The notes: generated from the letters alone by a model not told the origin. Positions 28,501-42,200 are shown, counted from the whole stretch's first letter. The stretch is DNA of 61,824 nt, filler included, from Bipalium vagum (GCA_037834085.1; 3 parts of 3 records of this genome joined end to end with filler, not necessarily neighbours in it); one strand, 5' to 3'. Translations and numbers: made by a program.

Positions 28501-31214
28501 ATATCAATAAAAATATCAATATTATACGCTATTTTTATTACAATCTAGAACAATTATTTTAATTTCACTATTAATAATAAATACTGATAATAAAAATACT
28601 TATTAAAAAAATTGTATTATGACGGTGTATTAATGAAATTATAAAAATTATGTTGAATAATTATTTTTCAACTATAATAATAATAAATTTGAAATTAAAA
28701 ATAAATAATAAGAAATATACGTGATAATTATATTAATAATTAATATCATTAAATAGAAAGTTTTTTATTAAATTTGATGAAAATAATAAAAAAAATATTT
28801 ATAATATTAAAAATTATGGTACTAATTAATTATTATTTTTATTTATTAATATCATTAAATGAAAAATCCATCAACTCTAATATTAACAAAAATGATAAAA
28901 ATAAATCAAGAAATAATAATTTTAATCCCAATGATATTTATATTATGACAAAATAGAAACGATGATAATCATCATTACGTCAAGTTCCTGTCGTTGACAT
29001 AGATCAATATTTCAAATATTATCACGCAAAAATAATAGATGATCTGAAAAACCTCCGATTCTGGAAATCAAAGGAACAGATCATTTCATTTGTCTTAAAG
29101 CTAAAAAATCGATCTCGCTCTCTCTATCACAACGTTGCTCATTATGGACGAATGCGACATTGTCTCTCTCAAATCAATCATGAAAAAGTCAGAACCGTGA
29201 CGTGACACTTATTCCGTCAATAATCAGAAATGATACACAAATTAGAGAACAAAACAGAAAAGAACACACTTAGCATTCGCCATCCGTTTGAAAACGAAAA
29301 AATAAACCAGATATTTGTATGTGCGACAAGTGTGGACGATCAAAATTGATTTTTCTCCTTCTATTAAGAAATCAATAATAATTATTCAAGTTATGAGAAG
29401 ATGGAGGAAATATCACGATTTTCTGGAAATGAAACGATTTTTATTAAGATAAAAATTTTTATGGCAACGGTGTCTTTGTGGTAATGTCGAGGTAAAAAAT
29501 AGTTTAAAATTAAAAATGGTTGATAATCATAAGAACACAATCACGATATCAATTTGATTCAAAATGATAGATTTTATTATTATTATTTTTATTAATATTA
29601 TTATTGAGACGAGTATCCAATGAAACATACACTACAGTGTCACGGACATAGTCCGTGCGAAAGATTACGTCACAGAGAAAAAGACAGAAAAGGTCGAAAT
29701 GGATTTACATCACTTTGTGACGTAATAAAATTACTGTTGGTAAAGTGAAACGAAGAGGATCGTGTCATGAATCGATGAAAAAGGCGGGATTCTTACACTA
29801 GAGTGGGTAAAGGAGGCGGAGCGAATTAGCCTATCCCACTCAGATCACATTTATTCTATTTTATACTTTTTCTTTATCCGTTTGGCACAAAAATTCCTTT
29901 GGATAAGAACCGTACAAACAGATAATCAAAAAAATTGTCAAATAATATTTACAAGGAGAATAAAAATTAATAAAACATCGATAACTAATTGTATTGAGTG
30001 GACAGCGACTGATCTTTAATGATTATCAATTTTCTTACTTTTTTAAGACTAATTTCCTTTTTGTGTAATTCTTACTGACCATTGAGAAAAAAAATTCCAG
30101 CAGAAAAATTGATGATAATTATGCTCAACATATCTATCGTTTTGCCTTTGCCATGGCAATATGAAGTGAAACATTTGATTGGAGTTATTTGAGGAGGAAA
30201 AGGCGGAGATATTGTTTTCAGTGTTCCATTTTGACTCGACAGGAATTTCCGTCGTGAAAAGTGAACAATTGAAACTCAAAAACCACAAAAAATCGATAAA
30301 TAATAAAAGAAGTCGATTTAATATCGTTGATTTTATATATTGATAAAATTATTGTTATTGGCATAAAAATCGAATAAATTATTTAAAATTCCGTTACTTT
30401 TTTCTGTAAAAGCTCTTCAAAAACGTCCTGAGCGGCCATCAACGAATTCATGAACATTCTTGTAATTGGGTAGGTCTTTTTGAAATTGTTCACAATGGCC
30501 TTGTCAATGTTCTGGTAGGGATCCATTTTGAGGAAATTGGTCGTCAGACATCGGATAGTCTCGTTATCTTTTCTGGTGGTGAGCATCATGTTCAATATCC
30601 TTTCGGCCATCTCGTAAAAAAACGTTTCCAAGATCTTTTCGATGTTGTGCTCCTTGCCCACCATGTAGAGCTTTAGTTTGTCGTAGAACTGGAAAAAGAA
30701 CTGTTGGTTTGATCTGTAATTGGTGCTGTATGTGCTAAGAAACATTTGATGCAGCTCACTTTTTGATTGATCGATATTGGTTTGTAAGTAGTCTGTAATA
30801 AGGATTTTCTAAGATTCGATAAAAAGTTTTATGAAAAGTTTACCGTTCAGACTGTCGCTAGTATTGAAAAGAAAGTTTGTTATTTCTTTCAGGTGAGATT
30901 CTGTCATATCTTTCAACTTGATCTTTCCCACAGCAATCATTTCATTTTGCATAGCAATGTCGCAACAAACTGATTTCGGACAAATGTTACTTACTGACTC
31001 TGATTTCATCAATGTTTCTTTAACGAAATTAATTTAAATAAAAGAGCTTACTGAGATTCGTAAGTTTCATCAACTCTTCATCATATGGATACTTAGTTGC
31101 ATACCAAGAATTTTTATAAGTTGAGCAGTCATTAGAACTTTGAGCATAATTGTGTTTCAAAATAAATGCACAAGTGGTTAAAATGTAGACAATGATAAAT
31201 TTTAATTTCAACAT
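19506..31214 (-). CDS. Glypican (GPI-anchored heparan sulfate proteoglycan), 10 exons, 779 aa
   Basis: Exons on the minus strand: 31214-31052, 31017-30844, 30792-30398, 27111-26934, 26853-26723, 23789-23637, 22490-22378, 21853-21640, 21589-21218, 19952-19506. All introns are GT-AG, phases are consistent and the total is 2340 nt. Glypican features: signal peptide MLKLKFIIVYILTTCAFIL, ICPKSVCC, HCPLC..MPCEGLCKSFYGKC, VKISDAIMN, furin-like RQRR, TICS..KCWNG, Ser-Gly GAG sites (EGSGSGG, EEGSG, EGSGS, EGSGQ) and a hydrophobic C-terminal GPI signal. Subfamily not assigned. Confidence 0.92.
22500..22547. repeat. (AAT)n microsatellite inside a glypican intron, next to the exon 7 acceptor
   Basis: Direct inspection. 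Confidence 0.9.
26229..26290 (-). pseudogene. tRNA-Ala-like pseudogene or tRNA-derived SINE head, anticodon arm damaged
   Basis: The minus strand reads GGGGGTGTAGCTCAGTGGTCAGACACATGTGAAGGGTCCCGGGTTTGAATCACTGTATCTCC. It has an A box (TAGCTCAGTGG), a B box (GGTTTGAATC) and a 5' end typical of animal tRNA-Ala. It is about 10 nt too short for a cloverleaf. Confidence 0.7.
26296..26439. other. Scaffold gap (144 N) within a glypican intron
   Basis: A plain N run with no stop linker. Glypican exons continue in phase on both sides. Confidence 0.95.
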
Positions 31215-33978
31215 AACTTTAACTGAATGTCAGAACACAATCAAACTCTAAAGTCAAGATGATAAATTATATATTCAATAAAGATTTTAAAAACTGAAAC
31301 TGTATCACTATCACTTTCTAAAATATTTTCAAAAAATGAACTAAAAATTTAGAACGGATTATTTTAAAGAATTTCTTACAAAACTTTAAATAATTAAGTC
31401 ATTTAAACACTAATTAAGAAATTAATTATTAAAATATTATATAAGATATTTAAATAACAATTTTTCTTATTTCTTTAAATTTTATATTCCAGAAAAAATA
31501 TTAACTTTTATATCATTATTTGCAAAAATATGTAAGACTAGTAAATATAACAATATTTATTTTTAATTAAATGCTAAAGATTAATTATATTTTCATTTAT
31601 TATTACTCAAACAGAAACTAAAAATTCTTAGGCGGGTAGATATTTCTATATTTTCATAGCTTAAAATAATTAGAATTGTATTTTTAACAGTTTCATTTAT
31701 AGTATAAATTTTATTTATAATATAAATAAATTTGACAATGAAATTGTTTTGCAGTAAAAATGTGATTTTTATGAAAATAATGATTTTTTATTGTGTCTGT
31801 TACAAATACATATAAAAGAATTTGCATTCAGATCTGTTTTGATTTTATTATGCATTTATGGAAGCACGATCTTCATGACATATGGATGATGATGGTGGTG
31901 GTGAATTTAGGTTGGCTGTCGAGATCAGGATCGCGAAGAGTCCCTTCAAACCTGATATTGCTTTGGAAAGGCCAAAGGTATCTTCCAACGAAACCCGAGT
32001 AAAGCCATAATTTATCGGGTCACCGTGATATGTTGGTCATCGAAAATTTTTTTACTTCCTTGCATCACACTTTTTGTTAATCCAAAATCCTTTGTACTTT
32101 GTTAACATTCACCAGTTTCTAAAATATTAATTCTTGATTTATCACTGAACTCGTGCCGGAATGTTACTTCATCTCGAACTTATCACGAGAATTGTACTAA
32201 TAAAATTTCTTTGTTACTGTATCTTAAATAAAATTGAACTTAAACTATAGCTATTCTACTTTACGGAAACTGCCTATACTTCTAAAAAACTAATTAAAAC
32301 CTTAATATTTAGGTAAGTATAATTTTACTGACAGTAATTAAATGAATAAATGAATTCAAAATTTTATTTTATTAAATTAAACGTGTTTTAAGTAAGAATA
32401 TATTTTATTAAATCTCAGATAACTACATGTTTAAATATTTTGTTTATTAAATTTTAAATATTAACCAAATTCGTTTATGTAACTCACTTTCTTTTATCAT
32501 AGTTAAGTTCTACATTAATGCTTCGAGTAAATCCAAACAAATCACGATCACAGTAATTTTTAAACTTCAAATCAAAATCTGAAAATGTCGATTTAATCAA
32601 TGAACGCCTCAATTAATAATCTACAGTTTTCTGAACCATGCTTATACATGCTTATAGCCCATTAAAATAACGTCAACTTTTTCCGTCCACAAGTTTCAAT
32701 TAACATGTTTCATTATTTAAAAAAAATTTTTAATCGTTCCAGACTTTTGAAATTCCTGCTATATAAATTTAAATAAATAAAATCGAACAGTTCACCGATT
32801 TGAGGACTGGTCTAAGGTTCCAATCACGGATTTCTTTTTCAATCAATCGTGGTCAGTTGAGCTCTATAAAGCTCTGTCATCATGCGAACTGTTACTATTT
32901 CCATTATTATTATTGTTACTAAATATGTAACTTTAGCTCGAATTCACTAAATCTTCATTCTTAAATGGTGTGCTCGTTTTATTATTACAGCTACACAAAC
33001 TTAAAATCGATTAAATCAAAACTCTCACAATAAAACCTTGTTTGGGCCCAAAATTGAATGAAAACAATTAGAGTAAAGCTTTATTAAAATGCAAAATTAA
33101 GCCGTTACACTTATCAAGAAAAATCACAATCAATCAAAGAATCGATACTAGTCAAATGTCCAAAAATCAAAAAGTCAAAGCTTCAAGAAATTGACAATTC
33201 CTCGTGATACCGGCTTCTACTTCTCCAGAGCTTTGTGCGAGTAAATTTCATTTCATCTAATGAGTTGAGGATAAGTTTTACAATAACGGTTCCGAACCAC
33301 CTCCGTTATTTAAAGACTAATTTAAATTATTTAATAATCGATTTATGAATCTGAAGTTTCACGAATGACTGCGTAAGAGACAGTGTTTGATCATTATTAT
33401 CAGATTATAAGCATTTTACTAAACATAAATGCTTTTTTGATATCATATATGAATGTGGCTCACTGTCAGTTCAATCGATGACTCCCAATTGGATGTTGAT
33501 ATCGGTGAGTTAAGCCCATTACCCAAAAGTTCTGTTTTCTTTTGTAATTTTTAAAATTTTTTTCATTTTGTTAATTCATTTATTTAAAATGGAAAAATCA
33601 TTACAACAATTAGTAAATATTTAATCAAAAAATATTCAACATCTTTTACATTTGTATTATAAAAAGTAAAAAATCAAATTTTTAAAATTACAAATTCCAT
33701 TAATATTAGATCCAAATTGTAATTATGAATTGGATTTAATATATATTTCTTTTTAAAATTTTATTTTTAATATTAAAAAAGAATAATTTTTATAAAAGTA
33801 ACAGATTCAAAAAATAAAAAAAAACAAATGACATATATTTAACTCTTGGTGCATGTGAAATAAATGAAATACCTAAATCAATCGAAAATAAATTTCATAT
33901 AAAATAATAAATAAATTTCTGTTAATTGTATGATAATAACAAGAAGTTGAATTTAAAAAAAAATAGTTTTCAAAAATA

Positions 33979-34404
33979 CAGTGCAACTTCTATTTTGGAC
34001 CACAAAATTTCAAAAGTGGTCCTAAATAGAAGTTGGCCCAATATTATAGGTTAAGACATAAAAAGGCTATAAAACATGTTTTATATGAACTCATATGGAT
34101 GTAATAATAGAAATTAAAAAAAACAACAATAAGTCCAATAAATAATAATATATTTCAACGTTTTTGAATTAAAAATTCCCTAATTTTCTTCATATGTTAA
34201 TTTTTACTCATTCCTGATTTTGAAAATGTTAAATATCAAAATATTATTAAAACAAATTATTGAAATTTTTGGACCAAGAATTATTTTTTTATATGAAAAT
34301 ATCGAGAAATATGATAAGTACAAATTATTGGTTCAAATATGAAGTTTGGCCCGATTATAAAAGTGGTCCATTTCAGAAATTGGTCCAAAATAAAAGTTGC
34401 ATTG
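33979..34404. mobile_element. pogo/Tigger-type MITE (426 bp)
   Basis: 24-bp TIRs CAGTGCAACTTCTATTTTGGACCA / TGGTCCAAAATAAAAGTTGCATTG (2 mismatches), TA on both sides, and internal AAAAGTGGTCC subrepeats. Confidence 0.85.
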
Positions 34405-34419
34405 TAGTAGGATTCGATA

Positions 34420-35570
34420 GTGAAGAAACATATTTATAAGGAATTCATTATACAAAACAAATTAATATTAACAATATAAATAGAATTGTGATTGAGTGTA
34501 ATATTGTAGAGTGAGAATATTATAATTGTGATAAAAGAAATTTAATATTTGATTTTGAAATAATAGAGTTAAAGAAGGATAAGGAAAAATCAAAAGGGCT
34601 AAATTTTCAAAATATTATCCAATAATTGCAAAAACAATAAATGAAATAAATTTAAAATATTTGATGATAACAATGAATTAGTCGATTTTAATAATAAAGA
34701 AATTAGGCTTACAATTTTTTTAATAACAAATTTAAAATATTTAGTTAAAAAATGAGAGAAGTTGTTCTGATTTATTAAACGATAATACAGATAAAATTAA
34801 TCATCATAAAAATTCACTTTTAATTTTAGAATGCTAATAATAAATCAAAATAATTCCTGAAAAACAGAATTATTATATATAATTTTTTCCTATTATTATT
34901 TTAAATAATTGGTTTCTTCAAATATTTTCTCATCATTTAATTGTGGATCATTTGTATAAGAATATTTTAAAAATATTTTCATTTTGTTTAAAAATAAAAA
35001 GTTGAGTACTTTTTATAATTAAAGTTTTACTCACAATGGATGGTATTATTTTCTTTGATAAATTAGGTTTATTTAAATAAGAAATTAAAGGAGAACTATT
35101 AATTGAATCAGTCGTAGGTCTTGTCAACTTCATTGAATCTGTTATATTTTTAATTTTATCATTTTCATTAATATTATTTAATTTCTCAACTATAGGTTGG
35201 TTTATCAATGACAGGTTTATGAAAATTTTTAATTTCTATTGCTAATCCCTTTTTGCCTTACACTGATTTAATTGGTCAATTTCAAATGAGACAAAGTTGA
35301 AATATAAAATAATTCTTAATGTTATTGATTTATACTCGAGATTTACTTTTAAAAAATAAAATTGAAAAATCAATAACAGATGCTTTTGATGAAATATTTG
35401 AAGAGTATCAAAGATAACTTTAAAAATTTTGGTTAATTAAGGTGCTGAATTTTATAATAAAACATTCGAGATTGTTTGTGCTAATAATGAAATAAAAATT
35501 TACTAAACAGAGAATGAAGAAAAAGCTGTTTGTCATAGAAAGATTTACCAAAATTTTGAAGAATATAATG
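34420..35570 (+). mobile_element. Second Maverick/Polinton remnant: minor capsid (penton)-like and rve integrase pseudo-ORFs
   Basis: About 34420-34720 reads NINNINRIVIECNIVE..LIFDF and YYPIIAKTINEINLK..DDNNELVDFNNKEIRLTIF. About 35300-35570 reads ILNVIDLYSRF..KSITDAFDEIF..GAEFYNK..TENEEKAV-VIERF. Confidence 0.65.
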
Positions 35571-37999
35571 CTTAAAATATTGTTAAGTTTTTAGGATGGG
35601 TGTCGCTTACAACATTAAAATTTTATCCTAATCACTTAACGTGGCTTGTAAGATCTGCTTATGATCAGAAGGTTTTAGAGTGTGTTAAGATTTAGAGAGT
35701 CAGATTTAAGAAAATCAATAAATTATGAATATTTTTAACCCACTGGGTGATCAATATGCAATTAATAGATTCAATAAAATGATCAACTGGATTTATTTTT
35801 TTAATAACCAATTACTTATAAAAATCAAAGAATCAATATAAAAAATTTATCTGGATTACTAAAATATATTTTGTTGAACAAAACAAACAGATCTAATCCC
35901 GAAGAAAATAGCTTAAAAGAAAGTCAAGTTGCTCTTCGCTATCTTAGCCTCAAGAGCCCTCGATTAAAAAGCGCTTCTCCGCCCTACTAGACGTAGAGAA
36001 GGCAAAAAAGAAGATACTAAGAAAACAGAAAAAAGTTTAAATTGATATTGACGAAATAATTAGGAATCTATCCAATTATTCAATCTATTTAAATTACTTA
36101 ATTATTTATCCAATTTGTAGTCAAATTGGTATTAGAAATATTCAATTTGGAATCAAATTGCTATTTCGGTAATAAAAGTTAAATAATTACTCAATCGTCA
36201 CGAGAACGTTGAATGCTGGATAAATTCTTGAATAATTTTTTTCTGTTCGAATAGTTCCCTTTTTTATCGTAGGTTTCTGTCGTCTAGCATTTGATTGAGT
36301 TTTAATTCTTTTTTCTCCCTTTCTACTTTCTGTATAAAAAATACTTAGTCTGTTATAGGCTTTTGCGGATACTTGATATTTGTCCTATTCTGAATTGTCA
36401 ATATTGATTATTTCCTCGTAAGAGTTCTTTCCGCTGATAGTTGACAATAGGAGGATTCTGAATAGTTGCTTGATCAAATTTCACTAGAAATATAATCTTT
36501 CTACCTGTAATCTGAGATTCACAAAAGTTTTTAACTCTTTCTTTTTTCTCGGTAATAAATTTTTTTGTGTGTTTTACAATAAAAATAATTGGTATTTATA
36601 TTTAATTTTTATGTACTTTTATTTATAGAAACTTAATTTTACTATTTTTATTTTTTATAACTTCTTTTTCTTATTCATTGAACTAATTTTGTTATTATTT
36701 TTATTTTTAGTAATAATTATTATTACTTTTTCTAAATTTATAATAGTCCTTATTTATTTTTTGTTTTTATAATATATATAATTAAGTATATTTTATTAAT
36801 TATACTAATATTAAAAATTCTTTTGAAATAAATATTATTTATTTTCTTTCAGAGATTTGAAAATTAATTAATTACACAACATGCATACGGTACATAAAAA
36901 TACTTAATTTATACGTCAAATTTCGAATCACACAAGGAATTAAAGGAATTCAAATTACACAAGGTTATTCAACAAGTTATGTTCAGGTTCAGATCACACG
37001 ATTATTTTTGGTTTTAACCGGTTTTTCAACCATTAGAGTTGAAAATTATATTTTTATCAATTTAAAAGAAAACTATACACTTTCAATATCAATATACCGA
37101 GATTATAAATTTGTATTATAATTATCAATCCGATGATTCTATATTGAATTGGTTGGGATCATTATTCAAGAAAATAGGATCAAATTTGCATTTAAATTAT
37201 TTATTATTCTTTCTTATCTTACCTGATATTTTACTATAAATCTATAAGCTGAAAGTATGTGGTGAAACACAATACATCATTTATTCTGTTCACACATTTA
37301 GGTAGTTTCTAGATAATTGTAGAAGAATTTGTAAGTATATAGAATTTCAGAAGAATATAGAAGATAACATCCTTAGTATTAAAAATCAATAATTGTTCTT
37401 AAATTAATATTTTTATTTTTATATATAAAATTTAATTAATAATTTAAATAAATATTATTAAATTATCCAACTCGCTATTTTTTTAAAAATAAAATGAAGA
37501 TAGAAGGGTCGAAGTTTAACAACAACAATAATAAGATAAAGTATTACAAATAAAATTATAAAAATCGATTATAATAATAGTAATTTCCTAATTAATTTTT
37601 TTTTGCACTCGAAGGAGTTTAAATTTGTTTCGCTATTAAATTACTATGAACCTTGCCGTAACGCTTAGCTTGTAAACTTTACTGACTCCATAACTTTTTT
37701 CAAAAGGTGTTCGCAAATGAGTGAATCAAAGCCACTACAAATAACACTTTATTATCAAAATAACAATCACATTGCCTCAATAATTAAATCGAATTGTCAA
37801 TAAAAACATCTAAATCACAAAATCAAATGTTTCAATGACCCTACAAAATGAAAAATAAAGAATAATATGAATCAATCAATAATCAAATAATATCAATTAA
37901 ATCAAAATTTTAATTAAATGTCTATTGAAAATGTCAAAAAAATTAAAGGTTAATTTCAAACAGAAAATTAAAAAAAAGAAACACGATGATCCTCTTACC

Positions 38000-38170
38000 G
38001 ATCTGTCGAAGACATGTCCAAAGAGTGATTAGCTGAGCCCAATTCGGTTCGCCCAGAAACCTCCTAACAACACAGAACCAATCGTAAACTCCTGTTGCAT
38101 AGAGGGCATAAATATAATATTCACTGGCAGGTTTCTTCCGACAAACAATTTCTTCTGACGTACAAATTCT
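38000..38170 (-). pseudogene. Possible SLC22/MFS transporter exon relic (two frameshifts)
   Basis: Joining two frames gives EEIVCRKKPASEYYIYALYATGV / TIGSVLLGGFWANRIGL / QLITLWTCLRQI. This resembles the SLC22 pattern ExDLVC..LYMxGVLIGSxxFGxLSDRxGRR. It ends at a G|GTAAG donor near 37999. Confidence 0.35.
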
Positions 38171-38195
38171 AGAATGTATTTTTGGATATAATATA

Positions 38196-38515
38196 CAGTC
38201 CTTGTAAAAAGTTTGTTCACCCCGTATAAAAAATATAAATTTTAACATATATATTAATGTTCATAGAAATGTTGTAATTATTTTACGAAATAATGGGAAA
38301 TCGTGGTCAAAAATAGATTGTGAATTAATTGGAAAGTATGGGAAAACTGTGACTAAACGTGGCATGCAATACCTGTGGAAAAAATATGTGGAAACTGGAT
38401 CCGCGCAAGATAAGATCAGAATTGGTAGACCACCCATAGTGTCACCTCAAGCTGTACGAGCTATAAAACGAATATGCCAAAGAAATCGCTTATTATCAAT
38501 AGATAAAATAACTTC
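38196..38515 (+). mobile_element. Tc1-family element, 5' end (TIR plus N-terminal HTH), cut by the contig end
   Basis: It begins TA|CAGTCCTTGTAAAAAGTTTGTTCACCCC, a Tc1-type TIR. The ORF reads LWKKYVETGSAQDKIRIGRPPIVSPQAVRAIKR (GRP motif). Confidence 0.8.
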
Positions 38516-38615
38516 NNNNNNNNNNNNNNNNNNNNNNNNNNNNNNNNNNNNNNNNNNNNTTAATTAATTAANNNNNNNNNNNNNNNNNNNNNNNNNNNNN
38601 NNNNNNNNNNNNNNN
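38516..38615. other. Artificial contig linker (44 N + TTAATTAATTAA + 44 N)
   Basis: It has the same 100-nt structure as 17582-17681. Confidence 0.92.
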
Positions 38616-38885
38616 CGATTTGTTTAGCACTAATTGATCTGTTTTGTTCAAGAAGGTCCATAATTTGATAATCCTCCAACTCTTTTGGCCTTTCAGATCT
38701 CTCTTTGTCTTCCAATGAAAAATCGCCACTATTGAATTTTTGAACCAATTTTGCACTGTTCGCAGTTTCATTGTTCCTTCACAAAGCACCTCGTTATGTT
38801 TTGAGACAGTGTCATTTGTGCTTGTGTTATTTTTTCATTCGTAATAAATAATTGCTCGAATTTGTGATTTGTCCAGCCAACTTTT
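38616..38885 (-). mobile_element. Mariner transposase N-terminal fragment, cut by the contig end
   Basis: It reads IRAIIYYE, RTVQNWF and KFNSGDFSLEDKERSERPKELED..LLEQNRSISAKQI. Confidence 0.8.
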
Positions 38886-39242
38886 GGAGTATCTATTCCA
38901 GAGGTTAATGGTTAATAATGTTAATTAAAAGGTAAAATTGAAACTCACATGTTTAAGCAGCAAACTAAAACAAAGAAAATTTAAATCGGTAGATAAATGA
39001 GAATCCCAGGGGCCAACAAATGTAAACAACGGAAAAACGTAGTTCGCAACCTGATATATAGTGAAACCCGCTTAAAGTGAAACCTGCTTAAATTAATAAT
39101 AATAATATTTTTCGTGCTTAATTAATTAAATAAATCCTGAACGTCTTGTAAAACGTCTTGCCTCTTTTGTTACAATCACGTTTTATAAGGTTCTTGAAGA
39201 AACAGATTTTAGTATTCTTAATTTAATTTCATAACTTTTCAG

Positions 39243-42200
39243 CAACCTTCGAAGTGATACCGAACGATGTGAATTACTACTTCATCAACTTCCCAATAAC
39301 CTTGTACTGTGACCCAGAAAGCGTATTCGTACACATTTATGTGGACACGCCCGCAATATACTACAGGGATCAGCGCATGGTCGATGTTGGTGGAAGTTAC
39401 ACTGTTGATAACCAAACGATTTGCGCCTATTGTGCTACAAACATGATTACGTTCCCCCAGAAATGCTTTGAGATATCAAGTAAGAGGTTTAATTCACAAA
39501 AACAAAACAGGAAAATTAATGTCAACAGTTGTCAGAAAATCTTTGACGGTAAACTGTTTTGTTTGAATAAATCAAAGTGGGTATGTACCTTTCAAAATGA
39601 GTTTTAATTTCTACAAGATGAATTCACAACAATATTAGTTGCAGATAAACAACAACACAAAATTAAACAATGATATTATTTTTTGGCTTTGGTTGCCTTG
39701 GGAAAAATGGAATTCATATTATTTTGGGATCGGTCATTGATATTTATGAACTGTCACAGTGAAAAATAATTGGATAAAATACCAGTTAGAGATTGGGTAA
39801 TACTTTTGTTTAAATAAATACCTGTTTGAACTGGAATCCATTTTATTAATGAATATGAAGCAAGATCGAACTGGCGACCACAGAGAAAATATTACTGTCG
39901 TTACAACAAGACAAGAAAGAAAGAAGCTTCGGGATGCTTTACCAAAACAAGCTCAGTAATTATTACATTTTCAGATCAAAATATTTAATGGACGGAGCTC
40001 GTCATAAGTAGATCGTTGTACTGACGAAATCAACGAGTTTCTTAGCATAAACGATCTGTGTTTGATCGGGATTTTGGATCTTTTACTATCGAGAGAAGCT
40101 TTTAAATTGTAGATGATTTTCAAAAAGGAAACTTTGACGAAAGACGAAGAGAAAAAAATGTTTGAGGAAACTTTTATGGTTGAAAAATCATTTCTAGAGA
40201 TTGTAATGGACCTAGCAGAACTTAAGCTAAACGTCTGAGTTTCCTTGGTGGTTTCGAGTCGGAAAGAAGGATGGCTATATTCGGATTTGCGTGGATTTCT
40301 GGAGAATGAATGTAATCACAATCTCTTATCCAATGCTCAATATGTTGTTGGACTGTATGGCTGGTTTGGAATATTTTTCGTCCATGGACTTGGGACAACG
40401 GCTTTCAGTGCCAAACAGGGACAGTTTTGCTTTAATCGAATGCCTTTTGGGCTGGCTGCAGCAGCAGCCCCCTTTCAGAAGGTTATGCACTAGTTGTTGA
40501 ATGGCTTAATATCCAATGGTGTTTAGTGTATCTTGATGATATTTTGATCTACAGTCCTAGATCAGGGACACGATGATATTTTAGAAGAAGTACTTGGAAG
40601 AATAGCTAAAGAAAGTATGAAGTTAAATCCAGCAAAATGTAAGTTTTATCAACATGGATTGGTCTTGCTGGGTCACATTGTTTGTGTTGACGAAATTCGA
40701 ACAAACAAGAAAAAGATTGAAGAGATTTTGAAGGTCGAACCTTCTGATTGTGTATGTCAATTGAGATCTTTTCCGGGACTAACAAATTAAATGGAAAAAA
40801 GGCGGATATAGACGGCTTAATTTCCGATCGAGAGAGAAAAACCGCAATGGACCGACCGATACCGGAAGAGTTTTCAAGATGTAAAGGAAAGATTATTATT
40901 TCTATAATAAATAAACATCTTTTTCCAGCCGGGAGGAAATACAAAAAGGTTGTCGAATTGTCCAAATTATGCAGATCATTTCCGGAAATGATTAAAAACA
41001 TTTAATTAATTATTTTATTAAATAATAATATATTATTTTATCACTTTTAACAAAGATTTTTGTACATTTTTTATTTTTAAAAAATATTTCAATTAAAAAT
41101 TTTAAAAGAAATAAATAAATTAAAAATTTTTTTTAGTTAAATGAATAAATATATTTATCACTTCTCACATGGTATTACTTCGATTAATTAATTAATTAAC
41201 TAATTAATTAATGATAAATAATTAAATTAATGTAGGAATAAAATATAAAATGACTGAAATATAATTTAATGAAGGATAGCAGACTAAGCTCGAGATCCAA
41301 GACTGGAAACCATAACTTGATCGGCATATTCGATTTAGTCAGGGTCTTCTTTGACTTTCGGTCTTCGGTGCTCGGTTTCTTTGGTCATTTCTGCTGACCT
41401 TCGTCTATTGTTTCATACTGAAACGTTCATTTCCATGTCCCAGAGTGAGCGGGTGAACATGGAAATGAACAGCTTGGTGGTTCTTATTGACACAATGATT
41501 TTATTCCACAAAACAGTTTCGAAAAGGTTTCTGACTGGTTCCGAATAATTTTCCTATTTTGTAATGCACAGCATAAGTTAGCAAAAACTGAATTTTATTG
41601 CAGATTTCGATATATTTATTGAACCGAACAACAAGGTTTTCCTATCAAGAGTGCCTTTTGTGGTAACGTGTACGACGGATGAGTCTCTCGGTCCTAGCTT
41701 TGCCTTCAACTTCAAATTCTTGACTTATAATGCCTCGGTATTTTCAAGGGAAGACCATTCCATCCATGTATCAGGGAATGACATGAGCAAAATATGCTTT
41801 ACCTGTGGAACTTCATTACATTTTGCCAAGACTAAATGCTATGATTACTATGGTGAGTATTTGTTCTTGTCTTGCATAATTAATATTATCAAACATTTCC
41901 CAATATTTCGTTTCGTTTTTTCTTTATGAATTGTATATTAATATTATTATTTGGAAATATTTTATGAAATCTTATTAGGCCGAGGGGATGTTCTAAACTT
42001 TTCGTAAGATACATTGAAGCATTGAACAAAAACCGTTAATTTAGAAAGAATATTAAATTTGGTCAACTTAAAGAAAAAGTTTGAAATGAAAGACAGTTTC
42101 AATCAGAAAGTCTTTCGTGAAAAGTCTTATTGTGACGAGAAGTTTACAAATATAACTTGGAAGACCAGAAAACTTAAAATCATATAATTCTGAATAAATT

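Noticed and set aside
23104-28956. Short ORFs rich in F/I/L/N/K/H within glypican introns (for example 23104-23355, 24241-24582, 28774-28956)
   Set aside because: Their composition reflects AT-rich and triplet-repeat DNA. They lack splice or motif support, and the glypican model is complete without them.
31214-39243. Glypican and the Ig-like array as a divergently transcribed functional pair, with MRTVTISIIIIVTKY (about 32882) as the array's leader exon
   Set aside because: An artificial linker at 38516-38615 separates them. The candidate leader is weak and its donor would be phase 0, not phase 1.
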